A stretch of DNA of 24,000 bases, taken from assembly GCF_017355965.1 (NCBI RefSeq), contig NZ_JAFIQW010000003.1, positions 1 through 24,000 on the forward strand, read 5' to 3'. Shown one piece after another: positions 1 through 6,083 of this stretch. This DNA comes from Herbiconiux sp. SYSU D00978. GTDB lineage: Bacteria; Actinomycetota; Actinomycetes; Actinomycetales; Microbacteriaceae. Position 1 is the stretch's first letter; every line of letters begins with the position of its first letter. The position numbers were made by a program, and so were the translations under genes. The notes below the pieces were generated by a model. That model made no database searches. It was not told where the DNA came from and saw only the letters and a program-made list of their open reading frames with translations.

Positions 1-3
1 CAT

Positions 4-207
4 GCTGGCCTTCAGGGCAACTATCCAACACCACTCCCAGGACCACCACACAGTGGCTATCCGTTCAGGAGGGCTGTCAATCGTAACTCGACTCGAACCG
101 GCTCGCAAGGAGCGTGGAACCGAGGTTCCGTTCGAGGGAGAGGATTGGTTCCCGCTTGAGGGCCGGTCAGCTTCCGCTTCCCGCACCCTTTGGGGCAACG
201 AGGAGAA
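4..207 (-). ncRNA. Unclassified structured 5' leader or ncRNA candidate, running from a predicted promoter to an ATG at 3..1 (minus strand) at the window edge
   Basis: GC content is lower than in the flanks. The only long ORFs here (2..367 +, 57..383 -) have mixed third-position composition, with many A/T-ending codons, unlike every real gene in the window, and their peptides are implausible. A nested three-way junction can be read directly: outer stem 92-98/130-136 (ctcgaac/gttcgag), hairpin 101-113 (gctc-gcaag-gagc) and hairpin 116-129 (ggaac-cgag-gttcc). On the minus strand, GAAGG lies 6 nt before an ATG at 3..1. I could not match it to a family. Confidence 0.25.
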
Positions 208-213
208 ACATTA
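208..213 (-). promoter_or_regulatory. Candidate -10 hexamer TAATGT (minus strand), with TTGCCG 17 nt upstream
   Basis: The minus strand reads ggcTTGCCGcaacggcggatcccacgTAATGTttctcc. The same TAATGT hexamer occurs only at two other places I could find (6917-6922 and 9888-9893). Both are intergenic and in the same orientation as a downstream minus-strand gene. Confidence 0.3.
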
Positions 214-399
214 CGTGGGATCCGCCGTTGCGGCAAGCCAGCGCCACATCCCGGGCGTGTCGCGCCGAAGAAGCCCGGAATCCCGCGGTTCTCGCCGCTG
301 CGCGTCATCCGACCGCAGCGCCACCGGCCGCCCCGCGATCGATGCCTGGCCCCGCTCGCTCGGGTAACGGTTGCGCATCGCATCGTTCCGGGTACGCGA

Positions 400-431
400 A
401 AGGGGCGGCGGGGTCTCCCCCACCGCCCCTT
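400..431 (-). terminator. Intrinsic terminator hairpin downstream of clpC
   Basis: A 14-bp GC-rich stem (aaggggcggYgggg / ccccRccgcccctt) has one G.U position and a 4-nt loop. It starts 15 nt after the clpC stop and is followed by TTTCGCG on the minus strand. The U-tract is short, which is common in Actinobacteria. Confidence 0.6.
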
Positions 432-445
432 CCGGCGCGTGCCGC

Positions 446-2929
446 CTAGGACTCGATCGCGGCGGCGCCGACCGTGAGCTCCTCACGGCCCGGCTGGCGC
501 GACGTCGAGAACACGAACTCGCCCTCGGCGAAGTCCACGTGCACGTGGTCGCCGGCGTTGAGCTCGCCGTGCAGGATCTTCTCGCTGAGCCGGTCCTCGA
601 TCTCGTGCTGCACCGCGCGGCGGAGCGGGCGCGCACCCAGGGTCGGGTCGAAGCCCACCTTGATGAGCTGCTCCTTCGCGGGCGTGGTCAGCTCGACGGT
701 CATGTCGCGGTCCAGCATCCGCTCGCCCAGGCGCTTGATGAACAGATCGACGATCTGCAGAAGCTCCGCGGGAGTGAGCTGCGGGAACACGATCGTCTCG
801 TCGACGCGGTTCAGGAACTCGGGCTTGAAGTGCTTCTTGAGCTCCTCGACGACCTTGGCGCGCATGCGCTGGTAGCCGGTCGAGTTTTCGCCCTCGAGCT
901 GGAAGCCCACCGGACCGTTGGCGATGTCCCTCGTGCCGAGGTTCGTCGTCATGATGATCACGGTGTTCTTGAAGTCGACGACGCGGCCCTGGCCATCCGT
1001 CAGACGTCCCTCCTCCAGGATCTGGAGGAGCGAGTTGAAGATGTCGGGGTGCGCCTTCTCGATCTCGTCGAAGAGCACGACGCTGAAGGGCTTGCGGCGA
1101 ACCTTCTCGGTTAGCTGGCCGCCCTCCTCGAAGCCGACGAACCCAGGAGGGGCACCGAACAGCCGCGAGACGGTGTGCTTCTCGCCGTACTCCGACATGT
1201 CGAGAGAGATCAGCGCACCCTCGTCGTCGAAGAGGAACTCGGCGAGCGCCTTGGCCAGCTCCGTCTTACCGACACCGGTGGGGCCGGCGAAGATGAACGA
1301 ACCGGAGGGACGACGCGGGTCCTTGAGGCCGGCGCGGGTGCGGCGGATGGTCTTGGCGAGGACCGAGATGGCCTCCTCCTGACCGATGACGCGCTCGTGC
1401 AGGGCCTTCTCCATGAAGATGAGCCGCGAGGACTCCTCCTCCGTGAGCTTGAACACCGGGATGCCGGTCGCCTGGGCGAGCACTTCGGCGATCAGGCCCT
1501 CGTCGACCTCGGCGGTCGTCGCGACGTCACCGGACTTCCACTGCTTCTCGAGGCGGAGCCGCTCACCGAGCAGCTTCTTCTCCTCGTCGCGCAGCGAGGC
1601 GGCCTTCTCGAAGTCCTGGTCCTCGATCGCTGCTTCCTTCTGGGCGCGGACACCGGCGATGCGCTCGTCGAACTCGCGCAGCTCCGGCGGCGCCGACAGG
1701 ATCGACAGGCGCAGGCGGGCGCCGGCCTCGTCGATCAGGTCGATGGCCTTGTCCGGCAGGAAGCGGTCCTGGATGTACCGGTCGGCGAGGTTCGCCGCCG
1801 CGACGATGGCACCGTCGGTGATGCTCACCTTGTGGTGCGCCTCGTAGCGGTCGCGCAGACCCTTGAGAATGTTGATGGCGTGGGGCAGCGACGGCTCGTT
1901 GACCTGGATCGGCTGGAAGCGGCGCTCGAGCGCGGCATCCTTCTCGAAGTGCTTGCGGTACTCGTCGAGCGTGGTCGCGCCGATCGTCTGCAGCTCACCA
2001 CGGGCGAGCAGCGGCTTGAGGATCGAGGCGGCGTCGATAGCGCCCTCAGCGGCACCGGCACCGACGAGCGTGTGGATCTCGTCGATGAACGTGATGATGT
2101 CGCCGCGGGTGCGGATCTCCTTGGTGACCTTCTTGAGGCGCTCCTCGAAGTCACCGCGGTAGCGGCTGCCGGCGATGAGAGAACCGAGGTCGAGCGTGTA
2201 GAGCTGCTTGTCCTTCAGCGTCTCGGGGACGTCGCCGCGGACGATCGCCTGCGCGAGGCCCTCGACGACGGCGGTCTTGCCGACGCCGGGCTCGCCGATC
2301 AGCACGGGGTTGTTCTTCGACCGACGCGAGAGGATCTGCATGACCCGCTCGATCTCCTTCTCACGGCCGATGACCGGGTCGAGCTTGTTGTCCCGAGCCG
2401 CCTGCGTGAGGTTGCGACCGAACTGGTCGAGGATCTGGCTTCCCTTGTCGGGCTGCTGCTCATTGCCGCCCACCGCCACGGCCTCCTTGCCCTGGTAACC
2501 ACTCAGGAGCTGGATGACCTGCTGCCGCACCTTGTTGAGGTCCGCGCCGAGCTTGACGAGGACCTGCGCCGCGACACCCTCACCCTCGCGGATGAGGCCG
2601 AGCAGGATGTGCTCCGTACCGATGTAGTTGTGACCGAGCTGCAGCGCCTCGCGCAGAGAGAGCTCGAGCACCTTCTTGGCGCGCGGGGTGAACGGGATGT
2701 GACCGGTGGGCTGCTGCTGGCCCTGACCGATGATGTCCTGGACCTGCTCGCGGACCGCGTCGAGGGAGATTCCGAGGGACTCCAGCGCCTTGGCCGCGAC
2801 TCCCTCGCCCTCGTGGATGAGGCCGAGCAGGATGTGCTCCGTACCGATGTAGTTGTGGTTGAGCATCTTGGCCTCTTCCTGGGCCAAAACGACGACACGA
2901 CGGGCTCGGTCGGTGAATCTCTCAAACAT
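446..2929 (-). CDS. clpC: ATP-dependent Clp protease ATP-binding subunit ClpC (ClpC1-type, 827 aa)
   Basis: The full-length ORF has a duplicated Clp N-domain repeat ([23 protein letters not shown] and [23 protein letters not shown]). It has two AAA+ modules with Walker A motifs GEPGVGKT and GPTGVGKT, and a UVR-like linker. A GAGGAG Shine-Dalgarno lies 5 nt before the ATG. Confidence 0.97.
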   Translation of the reverse strand: MFERFTDRARRVVVLAQEEAKMLNHNYIGTEHILLGLIHEGEGVAAKALESLGISLDAVREQVQDIIGQGQQQPTGHIPFTPRAKKVLELSLREALQLGHNYIGTEHILLGLIREGEGVAAQVLVKLGADLNKVRQQVIQLLSGYQGKEAVAVGGNEQQPDKGSQILDQFGRNLTQAARDNKLDPVIGREKEIERVMQILSRRSKNNPVLIGEPGVGKTAVVEGLAQAIVRGDVPETLKDKQLYTLDLGSLIAGSRYRGDFEERLKKVTKEIRTRGDIITFIDEIHTLVGAGAAEGAIDAASILKPLLARGELQTIGATTLDEYRKHFEKDAALERRFQPIQVNEPSLPHAINILKGLRDRYEAHHKVSITDGAIVAAANLADRYIQDRFLPDKAIDLIDEAGARLRLSILSAPPELREFDERIAGVRAQKEAAIEDQDFEKAASLRDEEKKLLGERLRLEKQWKSGDVATTAEVDEGLIAEVLAQATGIPVFKLTEEESSRLIFMEKALHERVIGQEEAISVLAKTIRRTRAGLKDPRRPSGSFIFAGPTGVGKTELAKALAEFLFDDEGALISLDMSEYGEKHTVSRLFGAPPGFVGFEEGGQLTEKVRRKPFSVVLFDEIEKAHPDIFNSLLQILEEGRLTDGQGRVVDFKNTVIIMTTNLGTRDIANGPVGFQLEGENSTGYQRMRAKVVEELKKHFKPEFLNRVDETIVFPQLTPAELLQIVDLFIKRLGERMLDRDMTVELTTPAKEQLIKVGFDPTLGARPLRRAVQHEIEDRLSEKILHGELNAGDHVHVDFAEGEFVFSTSRQPGREELTVGAAAIES

Positions 2930-2970
2930 GTGAACTCCTCGGGCGCCGTGCAGGGTGGCGCCGTACGAAG

Positions 2971-2976
2971 AGAGTA
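2971..2976 (-). promoter_or_regulatory. Candidate clpC -10 hexamer TACTCT
   Basis: This TAnnnT-type hexamer on the minus strand lies about 42 nt upstream of the clpC ATG. The same hexamer, at the same 27-nt distance from the same 14-mer box, occurs upstream of ftsH (22053-22058). Confidence 0.35.
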
Positions 2977-3003
2977 ACCAGCGGATCCTGGCGAACCTGC
3001 CCC

Positions 3004-3018
3004 TGTTCGCTGGCGGCG
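3004..3018. promoter_or_regulatory. ClgR-like operator candidate (GTTCGC-N5-GCG) upstream of clpC
   Basis: The plus strand reads tGTTCGCtggcgGCG. This fits the GTTCGC-5N-GCG / CGC-N5-GCG ClgR consensus as I recall it from Streptomyces and Corynebacterium work. The 14-mer TGTTCGCTGGCGGC is repeated exactly at 22086-22099 upstream of ftsH. GCGAAC (2991-2996) and GTTCGC (3005-3010) also form an inverted repeat. Confidence 0.4.
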
Positions 3019-3076
3019 TGACGAGTTGCAGCGGCTCTTCAGGGGGCTCTTGTCCGGGCGGCCGCGGCGGGCTAGC

Positions 3077-3093
3077 TTATCGACTACCGATAA
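3077..3093. promoter_or_regulatory. Palindromic operator candidate TTATCG-N5-CGATAA in the clpC / DUF2975 divergent region
   Basis: Perfect 6-bp arms (3077-3082 and 3088-3093) are separated by 5 nt. A third CGATAA half-site lies at 3104-3109. This is an AT-rich patch in a GC-rich genome. Overlapping face-to-face TAnnnT hexamers are present: TAGCTT on plus at 3073-3078 and TAAGCT on minus at 3079-3074. Confidence 0.3.
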
Positions 3094-3117
3094 CAACGAC
3101 ATTCGATAAGGACGGCC

Positions 3118-3753
3118 ATGACGACGGTCTCGAAGCTCGACCTCTACCTGCTGCGGGTCGTCGTGGGAGGAGCGATCCTCTTCGCGCTGCTCACCATCGT
3201 CGGTCTGGCGCTGTCCACGATCTCTCTGGCGGTCGACGACGAGCTCCGCATCACCGGGATGCCGTACACGGGCGAGGCCGAGGTCCGCGACGCCCCTCCC
3301 GCCCTCGTGCAGGCGGACGTCAGCAGTGCGGATGCCACGGTCGTCGGCCTCGACGGTGGCGCGCGCGGCCTGCTGATCGCCGAGCGTCTCGCCGAGGGGC
3401 TGCCGGCCCTCGGCATCTGCGCCGCGGTCGCACTTGTCGGGCTGAGGGTGCTCGACGGGCGTCCGTTCGTGCGCTCGGCCACCTGGGCGGTCGGTCTCGC
3501 GGGGGTGTTCCTGATGGTGGGCGGCCTGTTGCAGCCTGCCTTCGCCGCCTACGCACGCGCCGCGGTCGTCGACTTCCTGGGGCCGCAGGCCGTGACCGCC
3601 GGCGGCGATCAGTCCGGCTCCTACCCGGGCTTCACCCGGTTCGTCATGCTGACGGACCTCTCCCCCATCGGCTGGGGCCTCGCCCTCGCCGTCGTGGCCA
3701 CCGCGTTCGAGCTCGGGCGGCGGATGCAGCGCGAGACGGACACCCTCGTCTGA
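3118..3753 (+). CDS. DUF2975-type multi-pass membrane protein (211 aa)
   Basis: An AAGGA Shine-Dalgarno lies 5 nt before the ATG. The protein has several hydrophobic helices and a C-terminal ...FELGRRMQRETDTLV tail typical of DUF2975 (assignment from memory). It is translationally coupled (TGATG overlap) to a YozG-type HTH gene, which is the usual partner. Confidence 0.75.
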   Translation: MTTVSKLDLYLLRVVVGGAILFALLTIVGLALSTISLAVDDELRITGMPYTGEAEVRDAPPALVQADVSSADATVVGLDGGARGLLIAERLAEGLPALGICAAVALVGLRVLDGRPFVRSATWAVGLAGVFLMVGGLLQPAFAAYARAAVVDFLGPQAVTAGGDQSGSYPGFTRFVMLTDLSPIGWGLALAVVATAFELGRRMQRETDTLV

Positions 3754-4004
3754 TGGCTCCCGCCGACGACGAGCCGACCGGCATCCACTGCCGGCTCGAC
3801 GAACTGCTCGCGGAGCGCGGGATGACGGTGACCCGCCTCAGCGAACTCGTGGGCATCAGCGTCGTGAATCTCTCTGTACTGAAGAACGACCGGGCCCGAG
3901 CCATTCGGTACTCCACCCTCCGCGCGATCTGCGACGCCCTCGACTGCGAGGTGGGCGAACTGCTCGTGCTGTCACCCCCTGCGTCCGTCGCCGGCCGGGC
4001 GTAG
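3753..4004 (+). CDS. Small XRE/YozG-type helix-turn-helix transcriptional regulator (83 aa)
   Basis: The ATG overlaps the upstream stop codon (TGATG). The sequence RLDELLAERGMTVTRLSELVGISVVNLSVLKNDRARAIRYSTLRAICDALDCEVGELL is a typical HTH_26/YozG pattern. The ORF-track entry 2955..4004 is an artefactual N-terminal extension. Confidence 0.85.
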   Translation: MAPADDEPTGIHCRLDELLAERGMTVTRLSELVGISVVNLSVLKNDRARAIRYSTLRAICDALDCEVGELLVLSPPASVAGRA

Positions 4005-4014
4005 TGTTCGCTGC

Positions 4015-4986
4015 GTGAGCAACCTCGAGAGGCAGCCCGGAGCCGTGCTGTGCGAGGCCGCCCCCGCGGACGGCGTCGAACTGCTCGAGCCCCGCGACGT
4101 CCCGCTCGGCGGACCGCGGGCGATGAGCGTGCGCCGCACCCTGCCGCAGCGCGCCCGCTCCCTCATCGGCGCCTGGTGCTTCCTCGACCACTACGGCCCC
4201 GACGACGTGCGGATCCAGGGCGGGATGCACGTGCCGCCGCATCCGCACACCGGGCTCGCGACCGTCAGCTGGCTGTTCGCCGGCGAGATCGAGCACCGGG
4301 ACTCGACCGGCGCGCACGCGCTCGTGCGTCCCGGTGAGCTGAACCTGATGACGGCGGGGCGCGGCATCCAGCACTCCGAGGTCTCGACCGACGCGGTCAC
4401 GATGCTGCATGGCGCGCAACTCTGGCTCGCGCTGCCCGACGCGCACCGCCACGATGCGCCGTTCTTCGAGCGCTACGTGCCCGAGCCCGTGCTGTTCGGC
4501 GCCGCGACGGTGCGGGTGTTCCTCGGCTCGCTCGTCGGGTCGACGAGCACGGCGACGACGTTCACCCCACTGCTCGGTGCACAGCTCGACCTTCCCGCGG
4601 GGGCGAGCGTCGAGCTGCCGGTCGACCCCCGCTTCGAGCACGGCTTGCTCGTGGACGCCGGGGCGCCTCGGTTCGAGGGCCACGCCGTGGCATCCGGAGA
4701 GCTCGCCTACGTCGCCCCCGGCCGCAGCACACTGCGCGTCGAGGCGACGGATGCTCCGCTGCGCGCGCTGCTGATCGGCGGCGAGCCGCTCGGCGAGCGC
4801 ATCGTGATGTGGTGGAACTTCGTCGGGCGGAGCCACGACGAGATCGTCGAGTACCGCGCGAAGTGGCAGGCGGACGGGATCGCGCGGCGCGACCCGGCGG
4901 GGTGGTTCGGGCTCGTGGAGGGGTTCGACGGGGAGCCGCTGCCGGCGCCGGAGCTGCCGAACGTGCGGTTGTCAGCTCGGGGGTAG
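4015..4986 (+). CDS. Pirin-family protein (bicupin, 323 aa)
   Basis: The pirin signature is present: RTLPQRARSLIGAWCFLDHYGP ... HPHTGLATVSWLFAGEIEHRDSTG ... MTAGRGIQHSE. The GTG start at 4015 is uncertain, and an in-frame GTG at 4045 is possible. Confidence 0.88.
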   Translation: MSNLERQPGAVLCEAAPADGVELLEPRDVPLGGPRAMSVRRTLPQRARSLIGAWCFLDHYGPDDVRIQGGMHVPPHPHTGLATVSWLFAGEIEHRDSTGAHALVRPGELNLMTAGRGIQHSEVSTDAVTMLHGAQLWLALPDAHRHDAPFFERYVPEPVLFGAATVRVFLGSLVGSTSTATTFTPLLGAQLDLPAGASVELPVDPRFEHGLLVDAGAPRFEGHAVASGELAYVAPGRSTLRVEATDAPLRALLIGGEPLGERIVMWWNFVGRSHDEIVEYRAKWQADGIARRDPAGWFGLVEGFDGEPLPAPELPNVRLSARG

Positions 4987-5052
4987 TGCGGCCTCGTCGG
5001 GAAGGGGTCTCGGCACGGCGGGCTTCGCCCTGCTACCGACCGGCGACGAACG

Positions 5053-5104
5053 GCTACTCCGCCGACTGGTGAGGGGCCGCTACTCCGCCGACTGGTGAGG
5101 AGCC
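5053..5104. repeat. Tandem 26-bp duplication (2 copies, 25/26 identical) spanning the methyltransferase stop codon
   Basis: Copy 1 (5053-5078) is gctactccgccgactggtgaggGgcc. Copy 2 (5079-5104) is gctactccgccgactggtgaggAgcc. On the minus strand each copy encodes ...HQSAE-stop, which is why two ORF-track entries (5054.. and 5080..) end with the same peptide. Confidence 0.95.
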
Positions 5105-5757
5105 GGGCCTCGGCGGCGGGCGCGAAGGACCGCGTCGCGCACGACGTCGCCGTGGTGGTGGCCGTGCTGGTGGTCGACCGGGTCGGTGCGCTGGAAGCGC
5201 TCGCGCGACTCGGCAGCCTCGACCACCCACTGCTCCTCGTCGAGCATTGCGGCGACGTCGACCGGCGACCAGTAGACGTCCTCGTCCTTCGGTCGCGAGA
5301 CCGTCGAGTGCAGGTCGGACGGGTCGTGTCCGACGAGCAGCAGCGTCCCGCCGGGCGCGACGGCGTCTATCAGTCGCGACAGCACCCGGCGCCACTGGTC
5401 GCCCGGCACGTGCAGGAATTGCGCCGACACGAGATCGGCCTGCGGCAGTCGGGGGTCGTCCTCCGCCGTGACATCCGCGAGCCGCCAGAGAATCCGGTCG
5501 GCGACGTCGTCACCCGCCTTGTCGGCGCGCTTGCCGGCCCGCTCGAGCGCGTAGCCGGAGAAGTCGACGGCGACGACGGTCCAGCCGTGCTGCGCGAGCC
5601 AGATGGCATCCGCCCCCTCGCCGCAACCGACGTCGAGGGCGACGCCCGGACGGAGTGCGGATGCCTCGGCGACGAGCTGGGCGTTCGGCGCACCGCTCCA
5701 CACGGCGTCGAGCGAGCGATAGCGGGCGTCCCAGAAAGCCGCGTCCCAGTCCGCCAC
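5080..5757 (-). CDS. Class I SAM-dependent methyltransferase (225 aa)
   Basis: Motif I is present (LDVGCGEGADAIWLA), followed by VVAVDFS and the post-I/II pattern. I place the start at GTG 5757. An AGGAG box overlaps the stop of the upstream small ORF (TAGGAGCCCGACCGTG), 7 nt before this GTG. The track start at 5838 would overlap that ORF by 71 nt. Confidence 0.85.
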   Translation of the reverse strand: MADWDAAFWDARYRSLDAVWSGAPNAQLVAEASALRPGVALDVGCGEGADAIWLAQHGWTVVAVDFSGYALERAGKRADKAGDDVADRILWRLADVTAEDDPRLPQADLVSAQFLHVPGDQWRRVLSRLIDAVAPGGTLLLVGHDPSDLHSTVSRPKDEDVYWSPVDVAAMLDEEQWVVEAAESRERFQRTDPVDHQHGHHHGDVVRDAVLRARRRGPAPHQSAE

Positions 5758-5767
5758 GGTCGGGCTC

Positions 5768-5941
5768 CTAGCGGGCCTGGTCCTCGAGGCGGGCGCGCTC
5801 CTGCGCCTCGATCTTCGCGTAGGCGTCGCGCTCACCACGGTCGGCGCGGATGACCGAGCGCATGACGTACCAGAAGATGCCGCCGAGGAGGATGGTCGGC
5901 GTCACGGAGTAGAGCGCGTTCAGCCAGAAGTCCTCGATCAC
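5768..5941 (-). CDS. Small single-pass membrane protein (57 aa)
   Basis: The peptide is VIEDFWLNALYSVTPTILLGGIFWYVMRSVIRADRGERDAYAKIEAQERARLEDQAR: one hydrophobic helix plus a charged tail. Third positions are almost all G/C. Its stop overlaps the Shine-Dalgarno of the methyltransferase. The rest of track ORF 5768..6223 crosses a terminator hairpin and looks non-coding. Confidence 0.55.
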   Translation of the reverse strand: MIEDFWLNALYSVTPTILLGGIFWYVMRSVIRADRGERDAYAKIEAQERARLEDQAR

Positions 5942-5948
5942 GGGCTCA

Positions 5949-5954
5949 AGGATA
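5949..5954 (-). promoter_or_regulatory. Candidate -10 hexamer TATCCT, 7 nt before the GTG of the 57-aa ORF (leaderless geometry)
   Basis: The minus strand reads gcgTATCCTtgagcccGTG. No Shine-Dalgarno is visible in between. Confidence 0.25.
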
Positions 5955-5997
5955 CGCGGCCGGAGCCCCCGAGGCTGGGCCGTCGTCGGTCGCGACT

Positions 5998-6044
5998 GTA
6001 CGGAAACTGCTGCCCTCTTCAGATCGGAAGAGCAGTTTGCGTAC
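5998..6044 (-). terminator. Long imperfect hairpin downstream of the CitE-like gene (probable terminator)
   Basis: The structure is gtacggaaactgc-[tgccc bulge]-tcttc-agatcg-gaaga-gcagtttgcgtac, giving 18 paired positions with one G.G mismatch. It is a locally lower-GC patch. It contains the 13-mer AGATCGGAAGAGC (see findings). Confidence 0.5.
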
Positions 6045-6083
6045 TCTCTCAGCGGCGCCGCGGCGGAGAGCGCCTCCTCGTCG

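Noticed and set aside
1-445. Possible RNase P RNA, tmRNA, SRP RNA, tRNA, or a known riboswitch (TPP, cobalamin, glycine, c-di-AMP/ydaO, guanidine-I, ZTP, FMN, SAM-IV, T-box) in the left-edge non-coding region.
   Set aside because: None of the invariant cores is present on either strand: GAGGAAAGUCCGG, a tRNA-like GGUUCGAnUCC arm with matching stem, CUGAGA...CCUGAUCUGG, GCCACUG...AGCCAGGAGACCUGCC, and so on. I saw only short partial resemblances, such as GGGTGC...GCTGA...GAACC and GCCACTG...GGGAGTGG. I kept it as an unclassified candidate rather than naming a family.
2583-2857. A 50-nt direct repeat (49/50 identical, including a 42-nt exact run) at 2583-2632 and 2808-2857 inside clpC.
   Set aside because: The two copies are exactly 75 codons apart and encode the two halves of the duplicated Clp N-domain (…[17 protein letters not shown]…). 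This is a known internal protein repeat, not a mobile or regulatory repeat. The high DNA identity is mildly notable (conversion or constraint) but not novel.
4987-5052. Possible bidirectional terminator in the convergent pirin/methyltransferase gap.
   Set aside because: Only 3-4 bp stems could be found (for example gggc-ttc-gccc), so no convincing structure is present.
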